Shown here in pieces: positions 11,722 through 22,990 of a stretch of 33,386 bases of DNA (within the stretch, counting starts at the first letter, position 1; every line of letters begins with the position of its first letter). A program made the position numbers and the translations under genes. The notes under the pieces were generated by a model, which made no database searches, was not told the DNA's origin, and saw only the letters and a program-made list of their open reading frames with translations. Source of the stretch: Octopus bimaculoides (Eukaryota); the NCBI RefSeq assembly GCF_001194135.2, contig NC_068987.1, positions 84,462,043 through 84,495,428 of the forward strand. Reading direction: 5' to 3'.

Positions 11722-11960
11722 GGCCCCCAATTGTTCAACATCCTTCCAGGGAACCGTAGAGATCTACATGTTGTTCATGTGGTAGCTTTCAAGGAACATC
11801 TGGACGGGTTTCTATCTTAGATACGAGATGAACCCATATCGCGAGAAGAAGCACAGAGAAGAATAGCTTCGTCCAACTCGTTACTTCACTAAAATGACAA
11901 CAGGTGGTGCACCAGCATGACCTCAGCCCTGGACTGAAACCAGTAAAGATAAAAGATAAT
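11722..11960 (+). mobile_element. 5'-truncated CR1/L2-group LINE: ORF2 C-terminus plus 3' UTR
   Basis: One frame, 11722-11892: GPQLFNILPGNRRDLHVVHVVAFKEHLDGFLS*IRDEPISREEAQRRIASSNSLLH*. This fits the CR1-group terminal motif (W/F)NxLP...FKxxLDxFL. A short UTR and an AAAGAT tail follow. Confidence 0.75.
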
Positions 11961-12923
11961 ATATATATATACACAAATGTTGAATATACAAGGAAAGAGC
12001 CAAAGGAACAGTTACAGAGTAGTCAAATGTCAAATAAGCGCTTAAGAAATTAGTAATCACACTTCGCACAAGATGGTATTTAAAGCATATGGTTATATAA
12101 ATGATTTAAATAACATTTTGTGTGTTTGTCTCCATTTTCCATTGTTTTTATATATAAAAGAGTAAAGGAGTAAAAGAGTATATATATATATATATATNNN
12201 NNNNNNNNNNNNNNNNNNNNNNNNNNNNNNNNNNNNNNNNNNNNNNNNNNNNNNNNNNNNNNNNNNNNNNNNNNNNNNNNNNNNNNNNNNNNNNNNNNTA
12301 TATATATAATGGATGTCTTATAAAACAGCCATACTAACAATCCAACACGCCTCCATCATCAGCTGCCGCCGGATGTCACTATGGTTTCCACACATACGCA
12401 GTACCATTGAAGGAAGCCGGCGTTGTCAACAGTACTAAACCTTGGATATCAACACATTCGTTCAATTTTAATTCTAGGAAGGATTAAACTCTAACATTAT
12501 TAGTTAAACTACAATAAAGATAATTTAGATAATTTAGATAATTTAGAATATAAAGTATTACTACTTACGTGTTATCTGGACGTACGAAGTACAAGTGAGT
12601 TATTTTCTCAATAGACATTAATTATTTGGTGGCGCGGTGCGTTGTCCACTACTTTCTGAAATGTTTTTGACAATTTGGGTGACGTAGTACTCAACAATGA
12701 CTTATAAACAGTCCAGATATGGACAACCTACGATCCAAATCATTAGACATTTACTTTTATTTACTACGTTGAAGGTGAAATATTACTCCCTATTTATTTA
12801 AAATGTCCAGTCTTCCACCTAAACAGAGATTAAACGTTGTAATTAATTCAACATATCTATACATATCTATACTCTCCTGCTAAATATATTAATAGTTAAT
12901 TTATTCTTTCTAAAATTTTAATT

Positions 12924-13245
12924 CAGAGCTCCTCAAACTTTTTGGGCCACCGCCCAATAATAACCTCTATAATACCGCCCTATAATACCCTCAGCACCAC
13001 ATCCCTATTTTTATGTATAAATAAATATTTCATATTTTACTAATTTATATATACTATGAATCATTTGATGTTGAATACAATATTATATAATTTCAATACA
13101 TTATAAATTCGTAGTGTCCCCCATAACACTGCCTTCCTCCTAACGCCACCTTTTTCTCTACTGCCTCCACCCACATATAAGCCCACCTGGATCGTCTCAA
13201 CGTCTACAGGAGGGAGGCAGGTAACGCCCACTTTAAGAACCTATA
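12924..13245. mobile_element. hAT (Charlie/MER5-like) MITE
   Basis: Decayed TIRs CAGAGCTCCTCAAACTTT and CCCACTTTAAGAACCTATA. 8-bp target duplication TTTTAATT (12916-12923) and TTCTAATT (13246-13253), 7/8 identical with central TA. Confidence 0.7.
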
Positions 13246-13365
13246 TTCTAATTAATATAAACATCAGTTTGCAATGTTTCAACAAAAAGGAGAATTACAA
13301 ATGTCACTAAATGTCGCCAGGGTGTTAGGAAACATCTACATTTCTAGAAACAGGAGCTAAACCGA

Positions 13366-13826
13366 TGTGTATGTGTATGTATGTATGTATGTATGTATGT
13401 ATGTATATTTATATGTATATANNNNNNNNNNNNNNNNNNNNNNNNNNNNNNNNNNNNNNNNNNNNNNNNNNNNNNNNNNNNNNNNNNNNNNNNNNNNNNN
13501 NNNNNNNNNNNNNNNNNNNNNNNNNNNNNNNNNNNNNNNNNNNNNNNNNNNNNNNNNNNNNNNNNNNNNNNNNNNNNNNNNNNNNNNNNNNNNNNNNNNN
13601 NNNNNNNNNNNNNNNNNNNNNNNNNNNNNNNNNNNNNNNNNNNNNNNNNNNNNNNNNNNNNNNNNNNNNNNNNNNNNNNNNNNNNNNNNNNNNNNNNNNN
13701 NNNNNNNNNNNNNNNNNNNNNNNNNNNNNNNNNNNNNNATATATATATATATATACGCATGTGTGAGTGTGAATGTTTGTGTGTGTGTATGTGTGCGAGT
13801 GTGTGTGTGTGTGAGTGTTTGTGTGT
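13366..13826. repeat. (ATGT)n, gap, (TA)n/(GT)n microsatellite block
   Basis: Read directly from the sequence. Confidence 0.9.
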
Positions 13827-13897
13827 AGGCGCAGGCTACTCTGTGAGGTAAGAAGCTTTGTTCCCAACCACATGGTTCCTAGCTCAACCCAACTGAA
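13827..13897 (+). mobile_element. SINE family A head fragment
   Basis: GGCGCAGG...GGTAAGAAGCTT..TTCCCAACCACATGGTTCC matches the head at 32359. Confidence 0.65.
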
Positions 13898-14004
13898 TCG
13901 TAATGAACGAATTGATTCTGTCTGACATTACTATCAGTTTGGTTCAAATGCAGGTGAGGCAATCGTCACCCCAGTGAAGAATTTCATATTCATGTGATTC
14001 AGGG

Positions 14005-14281
14005 CAGGAACATCAAGTAACTCAGTAACAAGTTCGAAAACAGGGGCTCTGTAAACGACGCACCCATATCTGGACGACCCGCTACTACATCTGTTGAAAA
14101 AGTTGACCAGTTGGAAGCTAGTCTAATCAACAATCCGCAGAAATCATTCGTAGTTATCATTGTTGTATCATTGTTTCATTCGCAGATATTATTCCTCATT
14201 GTCCTATGCTCTAAAATTAATTGGAAAACCTACAATAGCATTCAAAACCAGAATCGGGGGAAACTTTTTGACCACCCTGTA
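14005..14281 (+). mobile_element. Internally deleted Tc1/mariner element: transposase N-terminal fragment and right TIR
   Basis: 14030-14149 encodes KFENRGSVNDAPISGRPATTSVEKVDQLEASLINNPQKSF, carrying the GSV.D...SGRP linker of the Tc1/mariner paired-like domain. It ends in AAACTTTTTGACCACCCTG+TA, a typical TA-CAGGGTG terminus. Confidence 0.8.
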
Positions 14282-14799
14282 TATATACACAAGACATGCG
14301 TATGTTGTCTATACCGAATTATTTCTGTATGAGCGAATATTCAAGCAAGGAGCACTAAAGAAATCAATATGCATCTCTTCGCAGAAAGTGTTTGTCAGAA
14401 TGAAATTGTTATTGATCTCTCAAACTCATTTGTGCTTCTAATCTATCAGTCTAGTAGTGACTCACCTGCGGTGTATCTCGGACAGATAGGTAGTGGGAAC
14501 ACAAATTAGATTGATTGACCAGCCACTCACCTTAGCTAACAGCGATCTCAGTATGCAGCAGCTCTTGCGTGGGCTTGTTCCAAACACTTCCGTGCAGAGA
14601 ATCAGATCCCTCGCTCTGAAATGAGCGTACGCCACGCTGTTTCTTGCTATTGGGACATTATCATTTACAAGGATTTATTATCAGAATTGTTTTTGTTATT
14701 ATTATTACGGCGACCACGATGACGACGATCACCATCACTACGACCACTATCATCGTCGTCGCCCTCGTCGACGCCAACATCATCGTCGTCATTATTTTT

Positions 14800-14800
<1 letters not shown>

Positions 14801-14854
<54 letters not shown>

Positions 14855-14864
14855 CATTATTATT

Positions 14865-14948
<84 letters not shown>

Positions 14949-14970
14949 GGTTCTTAATCTCATGTAAGGG

Positions 14971-15001
<31 letters not shown>
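14801..15001. repeat. (ATT)n(ATC)n(ATT)n followed by (GT)n
   Basis: Read directly; source of the poly-L/N/Y/H ORFs. Confidence 0.95.
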
Positions 15002-15006
<5 letters not shown>

Positions 15007-16042
15007 AGCTGTGTGTATGCAGATGATAAAGTCATGCTTTCTTTCTTTTCGTGTTGCTACTAGCTGACATACTCAGTAATTCCTGGGAAAGCAGGACCTT
15101 TGTGCGTTCCCAGAGTCGATGCACTTGTGTGGTATATAGTCTTTTTCCCTGAGTTGGTATTCAAAGCCTGGCAGCGATGATTAGGCTTTCAATATTCTTT
15201 TTTAGGTCACCTTTGTTAAACCATCTTCATAATGCTCCCTGGTCTTTTAATTTGTTGGTTTCCCGATGGAACAAACCATTTAATTCTATGCAGAGGAGGG
15301 CTTCTTCTCTCTCGTTGGCTTCTCTCCTTCTCGAGCTAGCATAATCGTTATTGCACCGTACAGAATGCTTAGCGGCATTTCTTCGATCTTTACATACTGA
15401 ATTTAAATTCCATCGATCTTGAGTTAGCATCTCATAAGTTCAGCTTCGATAAAATGCGTAACCGTCAAGTACGGAGGTTCATGCAAACGTCTTACATCTT
15501 CCCTCAAAAACTGCTCGCTCTATATCAAAATTTTAAACAATTATATTTAATGTCGTATAAAGGAAGGCGTAGAACGTGTCGAGTCCTAAAGGTTTGTAAA
15601 ATTTTGTTGAAACATTGTTTGCTTTTATGAAGTTTTGTTAAAACTCCAACAATGAGTCTCACCCCTCATTCAATGTGTGAAGAGGGCGGCTGTTTAATTA
15701 TGTTCTACAGGGCCAAATTTTTGAAAAAAAGTTTTTGCCCTCTTTTATTTTGTCCTGTGTCGGAATTTAGAGTCAGCAAAGCCTAGTTTCAGATTCGGTG
15801 ATGATATAGCTTCCCATCACCGGGTACATAACAGAATGTTACATCCCACTTCTGTAAGAGGGGTATGTGAAGCAGTGTATGCACAAGTACAACAACAGAA
15901 ATAATATTAATGGTGTCGACAGGAGCCGAAATTGTTAGGGCAACTGTTTTTATAATGAGATTATGAATACAGGAACAACAGTGAGAGCGACAATGGTAAC
16001 AACAGAAGCCGCAACGATAGCAGCAACAAAACACAAGAGCGA

Positions 16043-16500
16043 AAGTACCACCAACAACAACAACACTACCAACAACAGAAGTACCAGCACGAAGAAGAAG
16101 AAGAAGACGAAGAAGAAGAAGAAGAAGAAGAAGAAGAAGAAGAAGAAGAAGAAGAAGAAGAAGAAGAAGAAGAAGAACAACAACAACAACAACAGCAAGA
16201 ACTACAACAACAACAACACTACCAACGACAGAAGTATCAGCACGAAGAAGAAGTAGAAGAAGAAGAAGAAGAAGAAGAAGAAGAAGAAGAAGAAGAAGAA
16301 GAACAACAACAACAACAACAACAGCAACAGCAAGAACTACAACAACAACAACACTACCAACGACAGAAGTATCAGCACGAAGAAGAAGTAGAAGAAGACG
16401 AAGAAGAAGAATAAGAAGAAGAAGAAGAAGAAGAAGAACAACAACAACAACAACAGCAGCAACTACAACAACAACAACAACAACAACAGCATCAACAAGA
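16043..16500. repeat. Higher-order tandem repeat: 3 units of (AAC)n, a 27-bp spacer and (AAG)n
   Basis: Spacer ACTACCAAC(A/G)ACAGAAGTA(C/T)CAGCACG at 16065, 16218 and 16353; periods 153 and 135 bp. Confidence 0.92.
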
Positions 16501-17178
16501 AAACAGCAGCAGCAACGCAAGCAACAATAACGACGGTGACAATGTAAGCGATAAATTATCTCCATGGGCACAGGTATCACATCATGGAAGTGAATGTAAT
16601 GAGTGCACGATATTCTATCCCAACAGGTTTTGGCAACAAGACTTTGCAAAATGGTGTAATGTTGCCCAGAAACTGACATCCCTATACCCTGGTGGAAAGT
16701 ACTTTTAAACGTATATGGGTGGATATAGAATATCTCATAAAAGCATGACAATTGGGGGAGCGTGAAGCCCTTCTTCGGAAGTGAAACTCTCATGCTGATG
16801 CTCTACATAGTTCGAATACAGCCAGGAATAAGGATTTTATACGTTAAGAGAGGGTTGGATAATGGTGGATAATGGCCTGTATCGAATTGGAAGGAGGCGA
16901 CTCCACCCCTGACGTAAAACGAACTGAAAGTTTGATTTGGAAACACACTGAAAAAGTCCTTTGAGATCAGACTGGTGCATGTAGGAAAGATCCGAATAGA
17001 GTGGAAATGCATGTAGCGGTTGGTGGTGGTAGGAAATATAGTATGTCTTAAAATAAGGCATAGTTATATTTCAAATTTGGAGGTACTTAAAGCTATCTGG
17101 ATGAAATATATTAAATGCGACGTAATTTAAATAGATTAATAAAAAGTATATATTTGAACAGAAACATGAATATAAATA

Positions 17179-17441
17179 CAGTAATACCTCGCCATATCAC
17201 GGATCACCTATCGCGGTTTACCTATCGCGGTTTACCTATCGCGGTTCATTTATCGCGGTTTATTATTTAAGCTCACGTCGATCTCTCTGTGGTGTTGTTT
17301 TACTTTTATAATAGAATAAGTATATACAAATTATAAAAATGAAAAAATCATATGCAGTACAGAATTGTTTCTACTTCGCGGATTTTCAACTATTGCAGGG
17401 GCTTTTGGAACGTAACACACGCGATAGTCGAGGGATTACTG
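17179..17441. mobile_element. pogo/Tigger-type MITE (263 bp)
   Basis: TA-CAGTAATACCTCG ... CGAGGGATTACTG termini; subterminal tandem CCTATCGCGGTTTA repeats; right end matches the left end of 20058-20266 in opposite orientation. Confidence 0.85.
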
Positions 17442-17443
17442 CA

Positions 17444-17548
17444 TACACATACACACACACACACAGACACACACACACATGCACACACGCACACACACAC
17501 ACACACATGCACACACACACACATACACACACAAACACACACACACAC
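17444..17548. repeat. Imperfect (CA)n
   Basis: Read directly from the sequence. Confidence 0.9.
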
Positions 17549-20057
17549 TTATAGGAGACCAAAAGTGTACGTACGCCGCTATGTGTATATATAAAAAATA
17601 AAAACAAAAAATGGAACAAGAATATAACAGGTAACAGCTAAACATTCGGAGAATAGGTGATGACAGGGACAAACAAGGACGGGACATTCAGAGCTTTGAA
17701 TCTTCAGTCGATAAGCAGATCGTCTTTACAGTTTTGACCGGTTAATCTCGACACTGCTCTAATCTGGATGACCCCCAACGAAATCTAAGCTAAGAACACT
17801 AGATTCTTTCGAAGAACGCAAGCAAATGTATACTAAAACAAGGACGGAAAGGACAAAAAAAGGGGAGAAATGGCACACAATTCTAAGTACAATCAACACA
17901 CACACACACACACACACACACANNNNNNNNNNNNNNNNNNNNNNNNNNNNNNNNNNNNNNNNNNNNNNNNNNNNNNNNNNNNNNNNNNNNNNNNNNNNNN
18001 NNNNNNNNNNNNNNNNNNNNNNNNNNNNNNNNNNNNNNNNNNNNNNNNNNNNNNNNNNNNNNNNNNNNNNNNNNNNNNNNNNNNNNNNNNNNNNNNNNNN
18101 NNNNNNNNNNNNNNNNNNNNNNNNNNNNNNNNNNNNNNNNNNNNNNNNNNNNNNNNNNNNNNNNNNNNNNNNNNNNNNNNNNNNNNNNNNNNNNNNNNNN
18201 NNNNNNNNNNNNNNNNNNNNNNNNNNNNNNNNNNNNNNNNNNNNNNNNNNNNNNNNNNNNNNNNNNNNNNNNNNNNNNNNNNNNNNNNNNNNNNNNNNNN
18301 NNNNNNNNNNNNNNNNNNNNNNNNNNNNNNNNNNNNNNNNNNNNNNNNNNNNNNNNNNNNNNNNNNNNNNNNATATATATATATATATATACGTAAAATC
18401 TTGGATGCAAGCTGGAAAGCCAACATTAGATGCAGAACATGGAGTGCTATTCGTACTTACTTCAGTTGTACTATCATATTTCTTAACAGTCTTACAGACA
18501 GAAGCTGAAAAATCTGTGTATATTTTACCTGATGACTTGATCAGTGAACGTAAGGAAGGTGAATTGAAACACCGAGATTTAAGTACATACACGCACACAC
18601 ACATATACACACATTACGTATACTCACATACACAATTACAAAGACAAAATACGCAGAGAGAGTTGCGCTCGCAGGAAATCGAATACATACCTATTATTGG
18701 TATGTGTGGATCTTTATCGCTAGGTAGCATCGATGATTGGGAATATATGTATTGTTGCTAAAACTCATGTCAGTATTTCGACAATACTTATATAATCAAC
18801 ATATAATTCCAACTGTCCCCGTTCAGCATAATACATACGTCTTTGGTTTTATACATGGGGCGTTTTGCTGGAGGTGCGTTTGCTATTTTTGACATATCCT
18901 ACGTCGGTGCAGAAATTCTCTTGTAATTTTTATCTGCATATTTGTATGTATAGGTAAATACATCAAATGACATATAACCGACTTATTACACAAATGAAAA
19001 ATGCATACGGTGCACTCTAATATTTATGATGGTGCACTATGGCGGAAATAGCCTGCCTCTCTGTCTGCGTTCTACATTGTAACTATCGGCTTCTGCATGA
19101 GCGAGTTTCTATATGTGCATGAATGTTTGTGTGTGTGTGTGTTTCCAGGTGCATATGCGTGTATATGTGCGCGTGCGTGTTGTGCTTCGATATATACATG
19201 CATAACTATATAGTTATTTATTTATTTATCTGTGTATATACGTGCAATTATAGATCTGCAAACATATACATGTACGTAAGCATGTTTGTATGCATATATG
19301 CACGCATGCCTGAATTCCTAGTAATTCACTGTGTTTTATCTCAGTAAATCTTATTAATGACTTGCTAGTTAGTTAATTATATTTTCGCGAATAGTTATTT
19401 CGCTAATGTGCTGTTTCAGCTGTTTGTGCTGTCAATAGATTAACGTAGTAGATCTGAACGAACAGAACATTATATACCAAAACTACATTATGGCTTTGGC
19501 GTATAATGAGTTTAATTGGATCCGCACCTTTAACGACGTGGAATTTATAACACCTCTTGTTAGTGATTATTGGGTAACCTCTTAATGCACTACAATGAAT
19601 GTGATCATTGATCAAGAAATTTTTATTGTTAACAATATGAATATATACGACTTGGCTCAGTATTAATGGAAAAGAAGGCTGTGCGATTGTAGGAATAATT
19701 TAGGAAACAACTTCATTGTTTCACAACGAAAATTTAATGATACAAACATTACTTTCGATGAATTCGAAAGGATGTCGTCAAAAACGATTATTACCTTATA
19801 TATGTTTATCAAAATCGTTTGTACCCTGGAGTTCAAAATTAGACCTAGCTTTATAACATTGATAACATTATATAGTGGTTCTACACGTCTCTTGATTTAT
19901 TAATTTTGTCTATATTTTAATTATAAAGGATGCAATAAATATAGATCTGTATTTTCTGTTGTCATTTATTAAGACATTCAGTACTGATGTCTGAATATTT
20001 CAGAGTCGCGTTTGCTACCTTCGGTCTACGATTCAGAGTTTGGTCTGCTTCAGAGTA

Positions 20058-20266
20058 CAGTAATCCCTAGACTATCACCGGTGTCACGTTCCAAAACCTC
20101 CCAAAGAAATACTTAGCGTCCACAAAAATATGAATACCTATCGGCCGCAGAAACCCGGATATACTGAGGAGACCGCAATATAAATTTACATATATTAACC
20201 AGAAGAATCCGCGATGTACTGAGTGCGCGATAAGTGAACCGCGATGTACTGAGTGCGCGATTACTG
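20058..20266. mobile_element. pogo/Tigger-type MITE (209 bp) with TA target duplication
   Basis: TA|CAGTAATC ... GATTACTG|TA; 30-bp subterminal tandem duplication 20209-20261; left end CAGTAATCCCTAGACTATC..GTGTCACGTTCCAAAA corresponds to the reverse complement of 17404-17441. Confidence 0.88.
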
Positions 20267-20655
20267 TAAACATGACCATTCAAGTATTTGATGACCTATC
20301 ACGCCTTTTAGGTGTTGAAGACTCTTCGTACTTCGATAGTAGTGAAACGTTACGAAAGTCTGTTCCATCAAATCGTGCCTAGAGAGATTCTGAAGAAGTG
20401 TAGGTAAATTATATTTCATAAAGTTCCTACTGGTATAGCAGAGCTACAAATGTACGAACCTATCATAGCCTTCACTAGAATTACAAAGTTGTTTGCGTTC
20501 TGTTTAAAAAGAAAACACATTCATATACTATTTTAATTCCCATGCATTTGCAGTTCATTGTTAGTTCTCACAACACTTGATCTTCCCTAATGAAAAGAGG
20601 GTAAGATGTTTTATTGAGAAGTATAGTATGAACAAATGGCATCCATAATTTAGTG

Positions 20656-20860
20656 GGCGAGCTGGCAGAAACGTCAGCTCGCCGGCCGAAATGTTTAACG
20701 GTATTTCGTCTGTCTTTACGTTCTGGGTTCAATTTCCACTGAGGTCGACTTTTCCTTTCATTCTTTTGGGCTCGAAAAATTAGGTACTGATTGCGTACTG
20801 AGGTGGTTCTAATCGACTGGCCCCCTCCCCAAAAGTTTTGGACCTTGTACCTAGAGTAGA
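20656..20860 (+). mobile_element. tRNA-derived SINE, family B, with 11-bp target-site duplication
   Basis: Colinear with 3697-3910; ATAATTTAGTG at both 20645-20655 and 20861-20871. Confidence 0.92.
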
Positions 20861-22126
20861 ATAATTTAGTGAGATGTTAAATAACAAAGAAAAATAAATA
20901 AGGAAAAAAGGGAAAGCTCTATTATATACAATACTGAATTTACATGGCACCGCGTTGAATGAATTTGGAAAGCTGAGGGACGGAACTTAAAGAAATTAGT
21001 ATTAACACCTTGGCTATACTCAGTACTGCATGTGATTCACAGGTCATATTTCCTTGGTGTCCAAGCAACACATATGATGTGCCCATACAAAACATTCCCA
21101 ACTTCTGTTCAACTACAAGAGAAATTAAGGGTTTATGAAATGGAAGCTTCATATTACTGGGAATGTATGAGACAAGGGTTAAACGAAAGTCCAAAAACAA
21201 GCATGGTTATGAAGGACAAACTTACGGAAATGCTTTGGACTGGTATAAGTTTAAATACTGTCATGTATTTCTTCTGACACACCAGAGACTTGCCATTTCT
21301 CCGATCCTGCGACGTTTAATAATATATAATGCAAGGCTCAATAACAGTCTCGTACATGACATATATTACCAGCATTAATCTAACTCGTATTATCTTTCTG
21401 TGTTATTTATCTGGAAAATGGACATCTAACTAACTAAATATTTCCAACTATACAATTCTTTTATCGAATTTGCAATTAACGTTGCAATTATGCGAAATCC
21501 TACTGGCAATTAATATTGCAATTAACGTTGCAATTAAATGACGTATATGAACGATAAGGATAACTTTCTCAGTTATTCAACTGTAATTTATAATTACGTG
21601 AGTGCAATGACTCAATACCACCATCTTCCAATAACGAAGAAGTAAAAGTATATTTCTTCACGACAATTATTTTCTAAAATTAGTGATGATATAGAATGTA
21701 GTTGAAACAAGATCTACAATTCAAATTTAAGCGAAAGATAGTTTTATGTTTTTATTTAATTCTAATTGAATTTGTGTGACTTTAGGTTTTGTTTTCTGAA
21801 TAAAACCATTATAATTTAATTTAGGTAATCAAAGTATACCCTTAGAATGACAGAGAGTGGAATTTTCGTTGCGGCATTCGGGATTTTACAATTCTTTCGC
21901 GTTATTTTCGATAATGATATATATATATATNNNNNNNNNNNNNNNNNNNNNNNNNNNNNNNNNNNNNNNNNNNNNNNNNNNNNNNNNNNNNNNNNNNNNN
22001 NNNNNNNNNNNNNNNNNNNNNNNNNNNNNNNNNNNNNNNNNNNNNNNNNNNNNNNNNNNNNNNNNNNNNNNNNNNNNNNNNNNNNNNNNNNNNNNNNNNN
22101 NNNNNNNNNNNNNNNNNNNNNNNNNN

Positions 22127-22202
<76 letters not shown>
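22127..22202. repeat. (TCTA)n + (TA)n
   Basis: Read directly from the sequence. Confidence 0.95.
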
Positions 22203-22204
<2 letters not shown>

Positions 22205-22935
22205 TACATACATAAATAAATGTGTGCATGCGTGCGTACGCGTGCGTGTATGAATGTTTTACATAACACAGCGCAGTCTTTCTAATTATATACTTGGGGA
22301 ATTATAAAAAAATCAAAAATGTAAGATCCCATCTGATATTTTACAAAAAACAAACAACTTATTAAACTTTAGATTAGTTATCCACGTATAGTATCAGACA
22401 GCAGTTGTGCATTCATGAATCAGGGCCTGCATTCAGTGAAATAGAGTTGTAAGAAGGTTCATAGTTAAAACAACATTACAGCACTGACAGTGGCTCGGGG
22501 ATCTCTTAAACATAGTCACATATTCTAGAAGCAGTGATAACCAACATTACTTATGTATGTCAATAAATCGATTTCTTGACACTTTCGAGAAGTCGCTACT
22601 AAACGTGAAATATATATTTAGTTATTCAGATAATAATGAATTACATGTTTTTACAGTGGTCCTTGATATATGATATATCTGAATAGATTATGACTTGTCT
22701 TCTTTATTAATGTTAATCAAAGATATATTTTTTCTTATAACAATTCATGAACAATAACTTCACTGGCTTTAGAGTTCCAACTGAACAAAACTGATTCTCT
22801 AGAATACTAATATGATGAGGCCATTGAGCGTAATGTAAAGCAGGATAGTCTACTGGGAAGGGCTTTTCCGTTTGCGCGATGATGCCTGCGTTCTTCGTCT
22901 ATAGACATATTTAAATGATATACATGCAAGGACGC

Positions 22936-22990
22936 ATGCATACATACATACATACATACATACATACATACATACATACATACATACATA
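22936..22990. repeat. (CATA)n
   Basis: Read directly from the sequence. Confidence 0.95.

Noticed and set aside
14644-15067. Poly-L, poly-N/D and poly-Y/H ORFs; likewise poly-S and poly-D at 28599-28919
   Set aside because: Trinucleotide microsatellite artefacts.
15795-15821. 8-bp hairpin CGGTGATG/CATCACCG
   Set aside because: Too short to exceed chance in 33 kb.
15789-16793. 334-aa minus-strand ORF rich in V and L, and the overlapping plus-strand poly-K/T ORF
   Set aside because: It is the stop-free reading of (AAC)n/(AAG)n tracts; the non-repetitive ends have no recognisable domain.
17600-17895. Block resembling a remembered octopus interspersed (Penelope-like) repeat; similar impression at 12300-12450 and 15455-15720
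   Set aside because: No second copy, TIR pair, target duplication or protein motif within the window to support a call.
18525-18590. CTGATGA...GAAAC hammerhead-like spacing
   Set aside because: Stem II and stem I do not pair.
20940-21378. Three overlapping 70-86 aa ORFs in moderately complex sequence
   Set aside because: No recognisable domain or splice structure in any frame.
22812-22930. ATGATGA C-box suggesting a C/D snoRNA
   Set aside because: No CTGA D box or terminal stem at a suitable distance.
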